This document shows, one piece after another, positions 56,283-64,000 of a stretch of 64,000 nucleotides of DNA. The notes under the pieces are model-generated. The model searched no databases, was not told the origin of the DNA, and saw nothing but the letters and a program-made list of their open reading frames with translations. A program made the translations under genes and the position numbers. Each line of letters begins with the position of its first letter. Positions within the stretch are counted from its first letter, which is position 1. The DNA comes from Nitrososphaerota archaeon (GTDB lineage Archaea; Thermoproteota; Nitrososphaeria_A; Caldarchaeales; Calditenuaceae), in NCBI GenBank assembly GCA_033581555.1, contig JAVQSZ010000001.1, positions 96,001 through 160,000 on the forward strand, written 5' to 3'.

Positions 56283-57235
56283 AGCTGCTGAGCCTCCAGG
56301 AGCTGAAGGAGGTCGTCCATAGGGTCGTCAGCGAGATCCACAGGGTCATAGTCGGGATGGACGACGCGATAGAGGCCCTGATCATCGCGCTCCTTACCGA
56401 GGGCCACGTGCTGATGGAGGGGGTGCCGGGACTCGCGAAGACCTACCTCGCCAAGTACTTCGCCAGGACGCTCAGCCTCTCCTTCAGCAGGATCCAGATC
56501 ACGAGCGACCTCCTCCCGTCCGACATCACGGGTTCCCTGGTCTACGACAGGGCCACCGGACAGTTCGTCTTCAGGAAGGGACCGATATTCGCGAACCTGG
56601 TCCTAGCAGACGAGATCAACAGGGGCCCTCCGAGGACGCAGTCGGCGCTACTTGAGGTGATGCAGGAGCGTCAGGTGACCGTCGAGGGCGTGAGCTACGA
56701 GGTCCCGAGGCCCTTCATGGTGATAGCGACCCAGAATCCTATCGAGCTCGAAGGGACATTCCCGCTCCCCGAGGCCCAGCTCGACAGGTTCCTGATGAGG
56801 GTCGTCGTCACCCATCCGGAACGCGACCAGGAGATCGAAGTCCTCAAGATGAAGCAGGCCTCCGGAGAGGAGCCCGACGTCAGCCCGGTCGTCAAGGCGG
56901 ACACGGTGCTGAAGGGTATAGCCGCGATCTCGTCGGTGTACGTCGACGAGTCCATCATGGCGTACATTGTAGACGTCGTCAGGAGGACGAGGCAGATGCC
57001 GGAGGTCTACCTCGGTGCCAGCACCAGGGCCGAGGTCGCCCTGATGTACGCCGCGAAGGCCAAGGCCGCGATCTCCGGGTACCCTTACGTCACGCCGGAC
57101 CACGTGAAGGCAGTCGCTCCCTTGGTCCTGAACCACAGGATAATCCTGAGGTCCAGGAGGAAGGGGCCCTTCTCCTCCTGGTCCGAGTTCGAGGTGATCC
57201 GCAGGGCCCTGGAGGAGGTGGACGTCCCGGTTTGA
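56261..57235 (+). CDS. MoxR-family AAA+ ATPase
   Basis: EGVPGLAKT, DLLPSD, LADEINR, ATQNPIE, PLPEAQLDRF; start GTG 56261 preceded by GGAGGTGG. Confidence 0.95.
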   Translation: MGGQERVELLSLQELKEVVHRVVSEIHRVIVGMDDAIEALIIALLTEGHVLMEGVPGLAKTYLAKYFARTLSLSFSRIQITSDLLPSDITGSLVYDRATGQFVFRKGPIFANLVLADEINRGPPRTQSALLEVMQERQVTVEGVSYEVPRPFMVIATQNPIELEGTFPLPEAQLDRFLMRVVVTHPERDQEIEVLKMKQASGEEPDVSPVVKADTVLKGIAAISSVYVDESIMAYIVDVVRRTRQMPEVYLGASTRAEVALMYAAKAKAAISGYPYVTPDHVKAVAPLVLNHRIILRSRRKGPFSSWSEFEVIRRALEEVDVPV

Positions 57236-58491
57236 TGACGGTCCAAGCGAGACTGCTGCTGATCGAGGCCGCGGTCTCGTCCTTCCTCTTCGGGGCCGTC
57301 TTCCCGAACCCCGTCATGTTCCTCTCCATGGCCTTCCTGACGTTCTTCTTCGCATTCTACGTGCTTTTGACCTCTCGGAGGCTATCGTCGCTGAACCACT
57401 CCTCGATCGAAGTGAGGAGGGAGCTATCCGCGGAGGAGTTGCCCGAGGGCTCGACTGTGGAGGTCAAGGTGGAGGTGGAGCTGGGGTGGGAGGGAGGCGT
57501 GGAGGTCCGGGAGCTCTTCCCGAGCGGCCTCAGGCTGAGGGAGGGAGCGAGCTCGGCCAGGTCCACGCTCAACGGCAGGGGCAGGCTCGGCTTCTCCTAC
57601 AGGGCCTCCCTCTGGAGGGGAGTGAGATCCGCGGAGTTCAAGGGGGTGGCCTGCACGCTCACCGACCCGTGGAGGCTCGTCAGCAGGACGGTCGTCGTGC
57701 CGTCTCCGGGCGTGGTCAGGTCATCGAAGGAGAGGACCAGGTCTAGTGAGTTCGAGACCGGCGGGAGGCTCCTGGGCCCGGTCTTCGGGACCGTGGTGAA
57801 TCCGTTCGTCGGTGAGGACGCCCACTTCGTCGGGGTAAGGCCCTTCATTCCTGGCGACAAGCTCCGCAGCGTCCACTGGAGGAGCACGGCCAAGCTCACC
57901 GACAACGAGATTCTCGTGAAGAAGTTCGAGAGGCTCGCGAGGGGAAGGGTCGTCGCGGTGATCGACTGCTCGCCGGAGATGAGGTTCGGGACATCGCCCG
58001 ACTACTTCGACGACGCGCTGGACTTCCTTGAGCCCGTCTGCGTCCAGTTCATCGAGCAGGGTAACTCGGTGAGGCTCTTCGCGGTGACCGGGGAGGGGCT
58101 CCTGACACAGTCGCCCAGGTCGCCCGCGGAGGTCGAGGGCTTCCTGAGGTCGCTCGAGGTCTCGGATGTCGGGAGGCTGAAGTACGCCCCCGAGGTGGCC
58201 GAGTCGCTCACGCCGGGCTCCTTTCTCATCGTCGTGACCTCCCTCGGATCGGCGCAGATCCCTGAGCTCTCGGAGCTCGCACGCGCGGCGGTCTCGATGG
58301 GATGCAGGGTCCTCGTGGTGTACCCGAGGGTCGCTTCGTACCTGGGCCGCGCGATGGACCTCGCGAGGGGCCTGCTCGAGGCCATCCAATCGAGGGACTT
58401 GGCAGCCTTCCCGGAGGAGTGCGCGATCGAGGAGCTGGAGGGCGTTCCGAGCATCAGGGCCGCAGGGAGGTCGGTCGCGCGTGAGGGCTAG
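57232..58491 (+). CDS. DUF58 family protein (MoxR partner)
   Basis: N-terminal TMs, VRPFIPGD...VHWRSTAK, VKKFE, IDCSPEM. Confidence 0.85.
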   Translation: MMTVQARLLLIEAAVSSFLFGAVFPNPVMFLSMAFLTFFFAFYVLLTSRRLSSLNHSSIEVRRELSAEELPEGSTVEVKVEVELGWEGGVEVRELFPSGLRLREGASSARSTLNGRGRLGFSYRASLWRGVRSAEFKGVACTLTDPWRLVSRTVVVPSPGVVRSSKERTRSSEFETGGRLLGPVFGTVVNPFVGEDAHFVGVRPFIPGDKLRSVHWRSTAKLTDNEILVKKFERLARGRVVAVIDCSPEMRFGTSPDYFDDALDFLEPVCVQFIEQGNSVRLFAVTGEGLLTQSPRSPAEVEGFLRSLEVSDVGRLKYAPEVAESLTPGSFLIVVTSLGSAQIPELSELARAAVSMGCRVLVVYPRVASYLGRAMDLARGLLEAIQSRDLAAFPEECAIEELEGVPSIRAAGRSVAREG

Positions 58492-59197
58492 CGAGCTGGT
58501 CCTCGGCCTGATGGCCTTGTCGCCGGCGCTATACATGCTGGCGGCCACAGTCGTCGAGACGAGGTGGACCCTGTTCTCGGCGCTCGGGTTCATCTCCCTC
58601 TCCACGACCATGCTCCCAGCGAGGATGCAGTCCCTCACCCTCGCGCTGATCTACGCCCCCGCGCTCTACGCGGTCTACGACCTGGTCGCCTCCAACAACC
58701 TGTACCTCCTCGACCTCGCGGGGGGATACGTGGTCTCCCTTCCGGTCCTGATCGTGGCCTCGGCGCTGCAGGCGAGTTCGGTCGCGGGCCTCGTGGGGGC
58801 GTACGTCTCGTCGGTCCTGGTCTCGATGGTCGGCCTCTTCGGCGCCGAGATCTCGAAGGGAAACCCGCGGGCCTTGCTCCACGCGCTCATCTCCTCCTTC
58901 CTGAGGGGGCAGGAGAGGGAGCTGGGCGCGGTCGATCCCTCGCTGCTCGCGCCGGTGGTGCCGCTAATGGCCGTCTCCCTGATATCGCTCCTGCTCTTCG
59001 CCCACCATAGGCTGGGGCTGAGGTCCGAGTCCCTCTACGGGACGCTGATCAAGTCCGGGGCGGCCTCGGTGGCCCTGCTCGCGCTGATCGTCTACTACTC
59101 GGCTGTCTTTCCAGACGGCGTCGCGGCCGGGACGCTCGCGGTCGCGCTCGTCGTCCTGTTGGGTGGTGCGTATGCGGCGGTCGCTGCTAGGCGCTGA
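58481..59197 (+). CDS. Hypothetical multi-pass membrane protein
   Basis: About 7 hydrophobic segments; overlaps neighbours in the operon. Confidence 0.6.
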   Translation: MRASELVLGLMALSPALYMLAATVVETRWTLFSALGFISLSTTMLPARMQSLTLALIYAPALYAVYDLVASNNLYLLDLAGGYVVSLPVLIVASALQASSVAGLVGAYVSSVLVSMVGLFGAEISKGNPRALLHALISSFLRGQERELGAVDPSLLAPVVPLMAVSLISLLLFAHHRLGLRSESLYGTLIKSGAASVALLALIVYYSAVFPDGVAAGTLAVALVVLLGGAYAAVAARR

Positions 59198-60713
59198 GCT
59201 GCTGATCGTCGCGGTCCTGCTCTCGGCGCCCTTGCCGGCCGCCTCCCAGGCCACCGAGCCCTGTGCGCTGCTGGTCGGATACGGAGGTCAGGGGTTCCTG
59301 CCCTTCGTCGACGGGGGCGCCCTGAACTTCGCGGTCGGCGAGCGGCTCCACGTCCTCACCCCGGCAGGGGGCGCGACGGTCCAGCTGATCGACCCGCGAG
59401 GCAGGGTCGAACGTCACGAACTCGCAGGAGGGATTCAGACGAGGCTGAAGGAGTTCGGGCGCGGCGACGGAGGCGTCTGGAGGCTGGTATCCGGCGACAG
59501 ATGTGAGATGACCTTGACGGTCTCGGAGAGGGGTTCGGTGATCTACGGCGAGGTCGTGGTGGAGAAGGACTTCAGGGGCGCGATCGTCCTGAGCATCAGG
59601 GGTCCGCCCTACATCGGCTTCAGCGTGGAGGAGCCGAGGGACGACAGGAACGTCCTCTGGACGAGGCCGGGCGGAGAGCTGCTCCTCGAGCTCGGGAGGC
59701 CCATCAGGTCGGTCGTCGTCTACCTGCTCTACCCCGACCGCGTGACGATCTCCGGTAAGGTTGGCGAGACGCCGTTCACCTACACGATCGATCCGCTGGT
59801 CGGCGTCTACAGGTACGAAAGGCCCGTGAGGGGGACGCAGGTCCCGGTGAGGCTGCCGGAGCTCGGGAGCGTCGGCCCGGGCGGTACCTTCCCCCTCAGG
59901 TACGGCACTTACACGCTGAGGGTGATGGGGACGGCCCCCGACGGCCAGCAGTTCTCGATGACGTTCGCGGTCGAGGTCGCTCCCTTCGCGTTCAGGGCCC
60001 CGAGGCTCTCGACGTACTTGGTGACTGACGTCGACAAGTTGAGGGAGGGGATAAGGCTGGTCTTCCTGAACTACGAGACCGGGACCGTCGAGTCGATCGC
60101 CCTCAAGGTGCCGATGTACGAGGTTGTGGTCCTCGACGAGAGGACCGGCCAGCCCATCGAGGACTACTCGCTCTCGGTGGAGGGGATGATCGGCGTTAGG
60201 GACGGGGCCGCCACCGTGCTCCTCCCGAGGAGCTTCGACCTGCGAGAGGTCCAGGTCGGCGAAGACGTGCTGAAGGTGAAGCCGTCTCTGATCATCGAGG
60301 GCGTGAACTTGACCGGCGTGGTCCGCGAGGTCATTCTGAGGAGGGGCGAGCCGACCGTCCTGAGCGTCCCGATGTCCGAGGTCCAGCTCAGGGTCAGGCT
60401 CGCGGGTCACCAGGATGCCATAAGGGCCAAGGTCTCGCTGAACGGCTCGACCCCCCTTGAGCTCGAGGGCGCCGCCCGCATCAGGTTGCCGGCCTACCTT
60501 TACAACGCGACCGCAGAGACGCCCTGGGGAAGGGTCGGGGGGCTCTTCGACGCCTCCAGGGAGAGGGAGGTGGAGCTCGTCGTCTACGCGCCGACCGACC
60601 TGACGCTCGCTCTGGCCTTTGCGGCCGCCGCCCAGCTCGCGGTTCTCGCGGCGATCTCCTTAAGAGCCTACAGGGCCGGGTCCCGTCACAGGGTTAAGAG
60701 CGAGTCAGGATGA
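59172..60713 (+). CDS. Hypothetical secreted beta-rich protein with C-terminal membrane anchor
   Basis: Signal peptide MRRSLLGAELLIVAVLLSAPLPAASQA; C-terminal TM and basic tail. Confidence 0.65.
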   Translation: MRRSLLGAELLIVAVLLSAPLPAASQATEPCALLVGYGGQGFLPFVDGGALNFAVGERLHVLTPAGGATVQLIDPRGRVERHELAGGIQTRLKEFGRGDGGVWRLVSGDRCEMTLTVSERGSVIYGEVVVEKDFRGAIVLSIRGPPYIGFSVEEPRDDRNVLWTRPGGELLLELGRPIRSVVVYLLYPDRVTISGKVGETPFTYTIDPLVGVYRYERPVRGTQVPVRLPELGSVGPGGTFPLRYGTYTLRVMGTAPDGQQFSMTFAVEVAPFAFRAPRLSTYLVTDVDKLREGIRLVFLNYETGTVESIALKVPMYEVVVLDERTGQPIEDYSLSVEGMIGVRDGAATVLLPRSFDLREVQVGEDVLKVKPSLIIEGVNLTGVVREVILRRGEPTVLSVPMSEVQLRVRLAGHQDAIRAKVSLNGSTPLELEGAARIRLPAYLYNATAETPWGRVGGLFDASREREVELVVYAPTDLTLALAFAAAAQLAVLAAISLRAYRAGSRHRVKSESG

Positions 60714-60724
60714 CTCTCCGCAGA

Positions 60725-60838
60725 GCCGGGGTCCCATAGCGGCCATTGGGGCGGCCTCGAGATCGTGAAGGGTCTGGCCGGAACGCGAAAGCCGCTGCCC
60801 CCTCGGGGGGCGCGCGGGTTCGAGTCCCGCCCCCGGCG
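60725..60838 (+). tRNA. tRNA-Ser(CGA) with 28-nt intron at canonical 37/38 position (60762-60789)
   Basis: Acceptor GCCGGGG/CCCCGGC+G; anticodon stem GCGGC/GCCGC with CT-CGA-G; long variable arm; GGTTCGAGTCC T-loop. Confidence 0.9.
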
Positions 60839-60942
60839 TTCTTAATAGACGAGTACAAAGTATCGCGCCCGCAATTGAAGCACGATGGTCTACAGAAATG
60901 ATATTGACGATGTGAGGATGGTTACATGTTGAGTGGAGTGAA

Positions 60943-61652
60943 ATGATGGGGCCTGACTTCCGCGAGCTCACCGTGGAGGACCTCTTAGGCCAACCGCTCA
61001 ACGGATATGAGCGCAAACACGCGCCAAAGAAGCTTTACCTGACCGGGACGTTGAGGGTCCCATTCGAAGCTCCGCGAATATCAGTAGTGGGAACTAGGTC
61101 GCCGAGTCGCGTGGGGGTCACGTTCACCCGTGAGTTGGTCAAGAGGCTCGTTGAGAGGGTGATCATCGTGGTGAGCGGGCTGGCCAGGGGAATCGACACT
61201 GAGGCCCACACGACCGCAATCGAGTCCGGAGGTCAGACCGTCGCCGTGCTAGGGACACCTCTCGACAGGTTCTAACCCCCGAGAACCGAAAACTGCAGCA
61301 GCTGATCATGGAGAAACACCTAGCGGTGAGTCAGTTCCCCTTCGGCCACAAGACGCATCGCTCTGACTTCGTCAAGAGGAACAGGACGATGGCTTTGATC
61401 TCTGACGCGACGATCATCGTCGAGGCCGAAGACGGAGGAGGGACTCTGTCGCAGGGATGGGAGGCGATAAGGCTCAAGAGGCCTCTGTCTCTGGCTCCCT
61501 TCCTTCTCGAGAGGCGGGACTTGAAATGGCCCGATCGAATGCTCGACTACGGGGCTGAAGTCTTGAACCTAGAGAACATCGAGGAGATCTGCGAGACCTT
61601 GCCGCTGTATCCAACCTCCAAATATGAAGACTTGCTCGCCCTTCTGAAGTAG
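60943..61652 (+). pseudogene. dprA: DprA/Smf-like protein, frameshifted at about 61273-61280
   Basis: SVVGTR, VVSGLARGID, VLGTPL in ORF 60943-61275; ENRKLQ, RNRTMA, IIVEA...GGT in the shifted frame; consistent with a 1-nt deletion. Confidence 0.85.
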
Positions 61653-61657
61653 CAGGG

Positions 61658-62311
61658 TTGATTGGTGAGATTAGCAGGCTCCCGTTTGGCCCACTTTGGT
61701 CTTGGACTAACAAACCGACAGACGAAGAAGGCCACAAGGCTAAAACACTTTGCTACGCCCTCAAGAGATATCAAGTCTTCAACAAAGATTTAGATGCGAT
61801 TAAGATGGCGGTCGATAGCCTTGACTCTAGGATGGGTTCCCTTCCCTTCAGCGACTTCTTCTCTGGCGAGGTAGCCCTAGTTCCCATTCCAAGCAGTAAA
61901 CCAACGAGGCCAGACGATGTATGGGTATCCCGGGACATCTGCGATGAGATGGAAAAGAGGGGATTGGGCCTCAAGTTAGAGTTGTTAAAGCGGGCGTATC
62001 CAATTAGGAGGTCATCCCTCAGTCCTCCGGGCGAAAGACCTTCGCCTATAGAGCATTACAACTCTATGAGAGGCAGAAAGATCGAGCGAATACCCACAAG
62101 GGTCATCCTAGTGGATGACGTGATAACAAAAGGGCACACGATGCTCGGCTCTGCTTAGAGAGTCATAGAGTTATACCCTAAAGCAGACATCCGCGGATTC
62201 GCTGTCTTCAGGACAATAAGCAACACCTCGGAGTTCGTACGGATGGATGACCCGGTAAAGGGCGAAATAATTTACGATCCCGAGTTAAGAACTGCGAGGA
62301 GAATACCGTGA
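61658..62311 (+). pseudogene. ComF-like phosphoribosyltransferase with in-frame TAG at 62156-62158
   Basis: LVPIPSS, ILVDDVITKGHT PRPP motif; frame continues 50 codons past the TAG (RVIELYPKADIRGFAVFRT...RRIP*). Confidence 0.8.
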
Positions 62312-62312
62312 A

Positions 62313-62409
62313 TGGGGCCGGTGGGATTCGAACCCACGACCTGCGGGTGACCTCTGACCAGCGATCTGCACCTGGAGCCCGCCGCCATACCTTGCTAGGC
62401 CACGGCCCC
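62313..62409 (-). tRNA. tRNA-Trp(CCA) with 23-nt intron (62349-62371)
   Basis: Reverse complement GGGGCCG...GCGGG-CT-CCA-G[intron]A-CCCGC...GGTTCGAATCC...CGGCCCC-A. Confidence 0.9.
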
Positions 62410-62525
62410 CTTCAGCTTTCGCGTCCCTACCTTTACTTAACCCTAGCAGGCCCGCGACCCGGGAGACCACGCCCCGTTGAGCTCGGACGATAAGCTAAAT
62501 GGGGGCGAAGAGTTGACCCGATCGG

Positions 62526-62924
62526 ATGGACTACACCGAGACGATCGACGAGATCCTCGACCACTACAGGAACCCCAGGAACTACGGTGAGCTCCCGGAC
62601 GCGACCGTGAGGGCGAAGGACTCGAACCCGCTCTGCGGCGACGTGATCGAGATGTCCCTCAAGATCGAGGGGGACAGGATCGTCGACGTGAGGTTCAGGG
62701 GGAAGGGATGCGCGATAAGCCAGGCCTCGGCCTCGATGCTCACCGATCGGCTGAAGGGCATGACCCTGGACGAAGCGAGGTCCTTGAACCGGGACTACGT
62801 CCTCGGGATGCTGGGGATTGAGCTGAGCCCCGTGAGGGTGAAGTGCGCAACTCTAAGCCTCAAGGTGCTGAAGCTGGGGATCTACTCGTACCTGGGGAGC
62901 TCCACGAAGGACCTGGAGGTCTAG
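62526..62924 (+). CDS. iscU: Fe-S cluster scaffold IscU/SufU (NifU N-terminal)
   Basis: DHYRNPRN, NPLCGD, GCAISQAS, RVKCA. Confidence 0.93.
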   Translation: MDYTETIDEILDHYRNPRNYGELPDATVRAKDSNPLCGDVIEMSLKIEGDRIVDVRFRGKGCAISQASASMLTDRLKGMTLDEARSLNRDYVLGMLGIELSPVRVKCATLSLKVLKLGIYSYLGSSTKDLEV

Positions 62925-63033
62925 GACGGGGTCCGTCGAATCCCTGCGCACACATTTCCGTATTACCGGAGTGATAGCGACCTAAAGGGCCGCTCTCAAC
63001 CCACGAATACGGCTGTAGAGAGCGCGGCCGCGA

Positions 63034-64000
63034 ATGAGCGAGCTGGAGAGGCTTGCGGCCTCGAAGGCGAGGGAGGCGGTGCTGCTCGACAGGTCTGGTT
63101 CCAAGTCCGAGGCGATCAGGAGGTACAGGGAGGCGATCGGCATGCTCAGGAAGCTGATCGAGTTGACCGAGAGCCCGATCAACCGGGAGGTCTACAGGGA
63201 GAGGATCGAGGCCTACGAGCGGAGGATTATGGAGCTCCAGGAGGGAAGGGCGGACCAGGAGCCTGGGTCTGACGGCCCGTCTCAACCGCCGAAGGCCCCG
63301 GTCCAGGACTTCAGGCCGCCCGTGAAGTGGGACGACGTCGTCGACCTCGAAGAGGCGAAGAGGGCGATTAAGGAGAGCATCGTCTACCCGGCGAGGAGGC
63401 CTGACCTCTTCCCGCTCGGGTGGCACAACGGGATCCTCCTCTTCGGACCACCTGGCTGCGGGAAGACGCTGCTAGTGGCGGCGACGGCCAACGAGATCGA
63501 CGCGAAGCTCTACGTCGTCGACTCGGCGAGCCTGATGTCGAAGTGGCTCGGCGAGAGCGAGAAGAACCTACAGAGGGTGTTCAGCTCGGCGAGGTCAGAG
63601 GCTGCGCGGGGCAGGACCGTGATCGTCTTCATCGACGAGGTCGACTGGATAACGAGCTACAGGGCCGTCGAGGTTGGGGGAGAGGCGCGGGTGAGGGCCC
63701 AGCTCCTCTCGGAGATGGACGGAATCCTCAGCAAGTTCAACAAGTCCTTCCTCTTCCTGATGGCCGCGACCAACAGGCCCTGGAGCCTCGACGAGCCGTT
63801 CGTCAGGAGGTTCCAGAAGAGGATCTACATCCCGCCGCCCGACAGGCAGGTGAGGCTGATGACCCTCCGTCACTACACGAAGCGGCTGAGGCTCGCAGCG
63901 AACGTCGACCTGGAGACGCTCGCGGACCGGCTGGAGGGCTACTCGCCCGCCGACATCTACTCGATCTGCCTCGACGCCCAGACCACCGCCCTCAGGAGGG
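63034..64000 (+). CDS. cdvC: CdvC/Vps4-like MIT-domain AAA ATPase, 3'-truncated by window edge (absent from ORF track)
   Basis: MSELERLAASKAREAVLLD...EAIRRYREAI...YRERI MIT domain; WDDVVDL, FPLGW, GPPGCGKT, SKWLGESEK, FIDEVD, ATNRPW, RRFQKRIYIP. Confidence 0.88.
   Translation, partial: MSELERLAASKAREAVLLDRSGSKSEAIRRYREAIGMLRKLIELTESPINREVYRERIEAYERRIMELQEGRADQEPGSDGPSQPPKAPVQDFRPPVKWDDVVDLEEAKRAIKESIVYPARRPDLFPLGWHNGILLFGPPGCGKTLLVAATANEIDAKLYVVDSASLMSKWLGESEKNLQRVFSSARSEAARGRTVIVFIDEVDWITSYRAVEVGGEARVRAQLLSEMDGILSKFNKSFLFLMAATNRPWSLDEPFVRRFQKRIYIPPPDRQVRLMTLRHYTKRLRLAANVDLETLADRLEGYSPADIYSICLDAQTTALRR

Noticed and set aside
59187-60410. Long antisense ORFs (this 407-aa one; also 21740-22819, 23849-24820, 31526-32512, 33451-34404)
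   Set aside because: They lie antisense to or in alternate frames of well-supported genes; expected from GC-rich codon usage, and no motifs were found.
62156-62158. In-frame TAG as pyrrolysine or stop-codon recoding
   Set aside because: TAG ends normal genes in this window, no pyl genes are seen, and the partner gene is also disrupted; a nonsense mutation is simpler.
60839-62312. Autonomous integrative element at the tRNAs
   Set aside because: No integrase or transposase, terminal repeats or duplicated tRNA 3' fragment were detected by eye.
62957-62970. GTATTACCG complementary to a conserved 16S rRNA segment (possible C/D guide RNA)
   Set aside because: Only about 9 nt match, with no convincing C (RTGATGA) or D (CTGA) boxes around it.

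Overview
High-GC archaeal chromosome segment. Fibrillarin/Nop5, RpoN, intron-containing tRNAs, CdvC/Vps4 and an Rpn11-like JAB protein point to a thermophilic TACK archaeon, probably Aigarchaeota/Caldarchaeales (inference). Bases 1-23,000 form an unusual type IV pilus/T2SS-like locus: a secretion ATPase, a TadC/FlaJ platform, six pilin-like genes split over both strands and a 1490-aa surface protein. That protein has a possible internal prepilin cleavage site, 11-residue amphipathic repeats and C-terminal 14-aa APFxP(F/W)PIE repeats. One pilin carries a low-GC insert with pre-toxin-TG-like motifs. The locus is interleaved with a JAB protease, a RING finger, SHOCT/CdvA-like coiled-coil proteins, an ABC exporter and two surface metalloproteases. 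Bases 23,000-60,700 are mostly housekeeping and metabolic genes: UDG, PhoU, haloarchaeal-type isocitrate lyase, thiolase, an RNA-modification cluster, a TRAP transporter, KorA, a prepilin peptidase, rps2-eno-rpoN, split MetE, rps13, DnaG, a Urm1-like protein and MoxR. This stretch also holds a ribonucleotide reductase remnant. At the right end, convergent tRNA-Ser(CGA) and tRNA-Trp(CCA) genes flank a low-GC, doubly disrupted DprA + PRTase (ShosTA-like) pair, followed by IscU and a truncated CdvC/Vps4. All family calls are by motif recognition from memory; no database searches were run.
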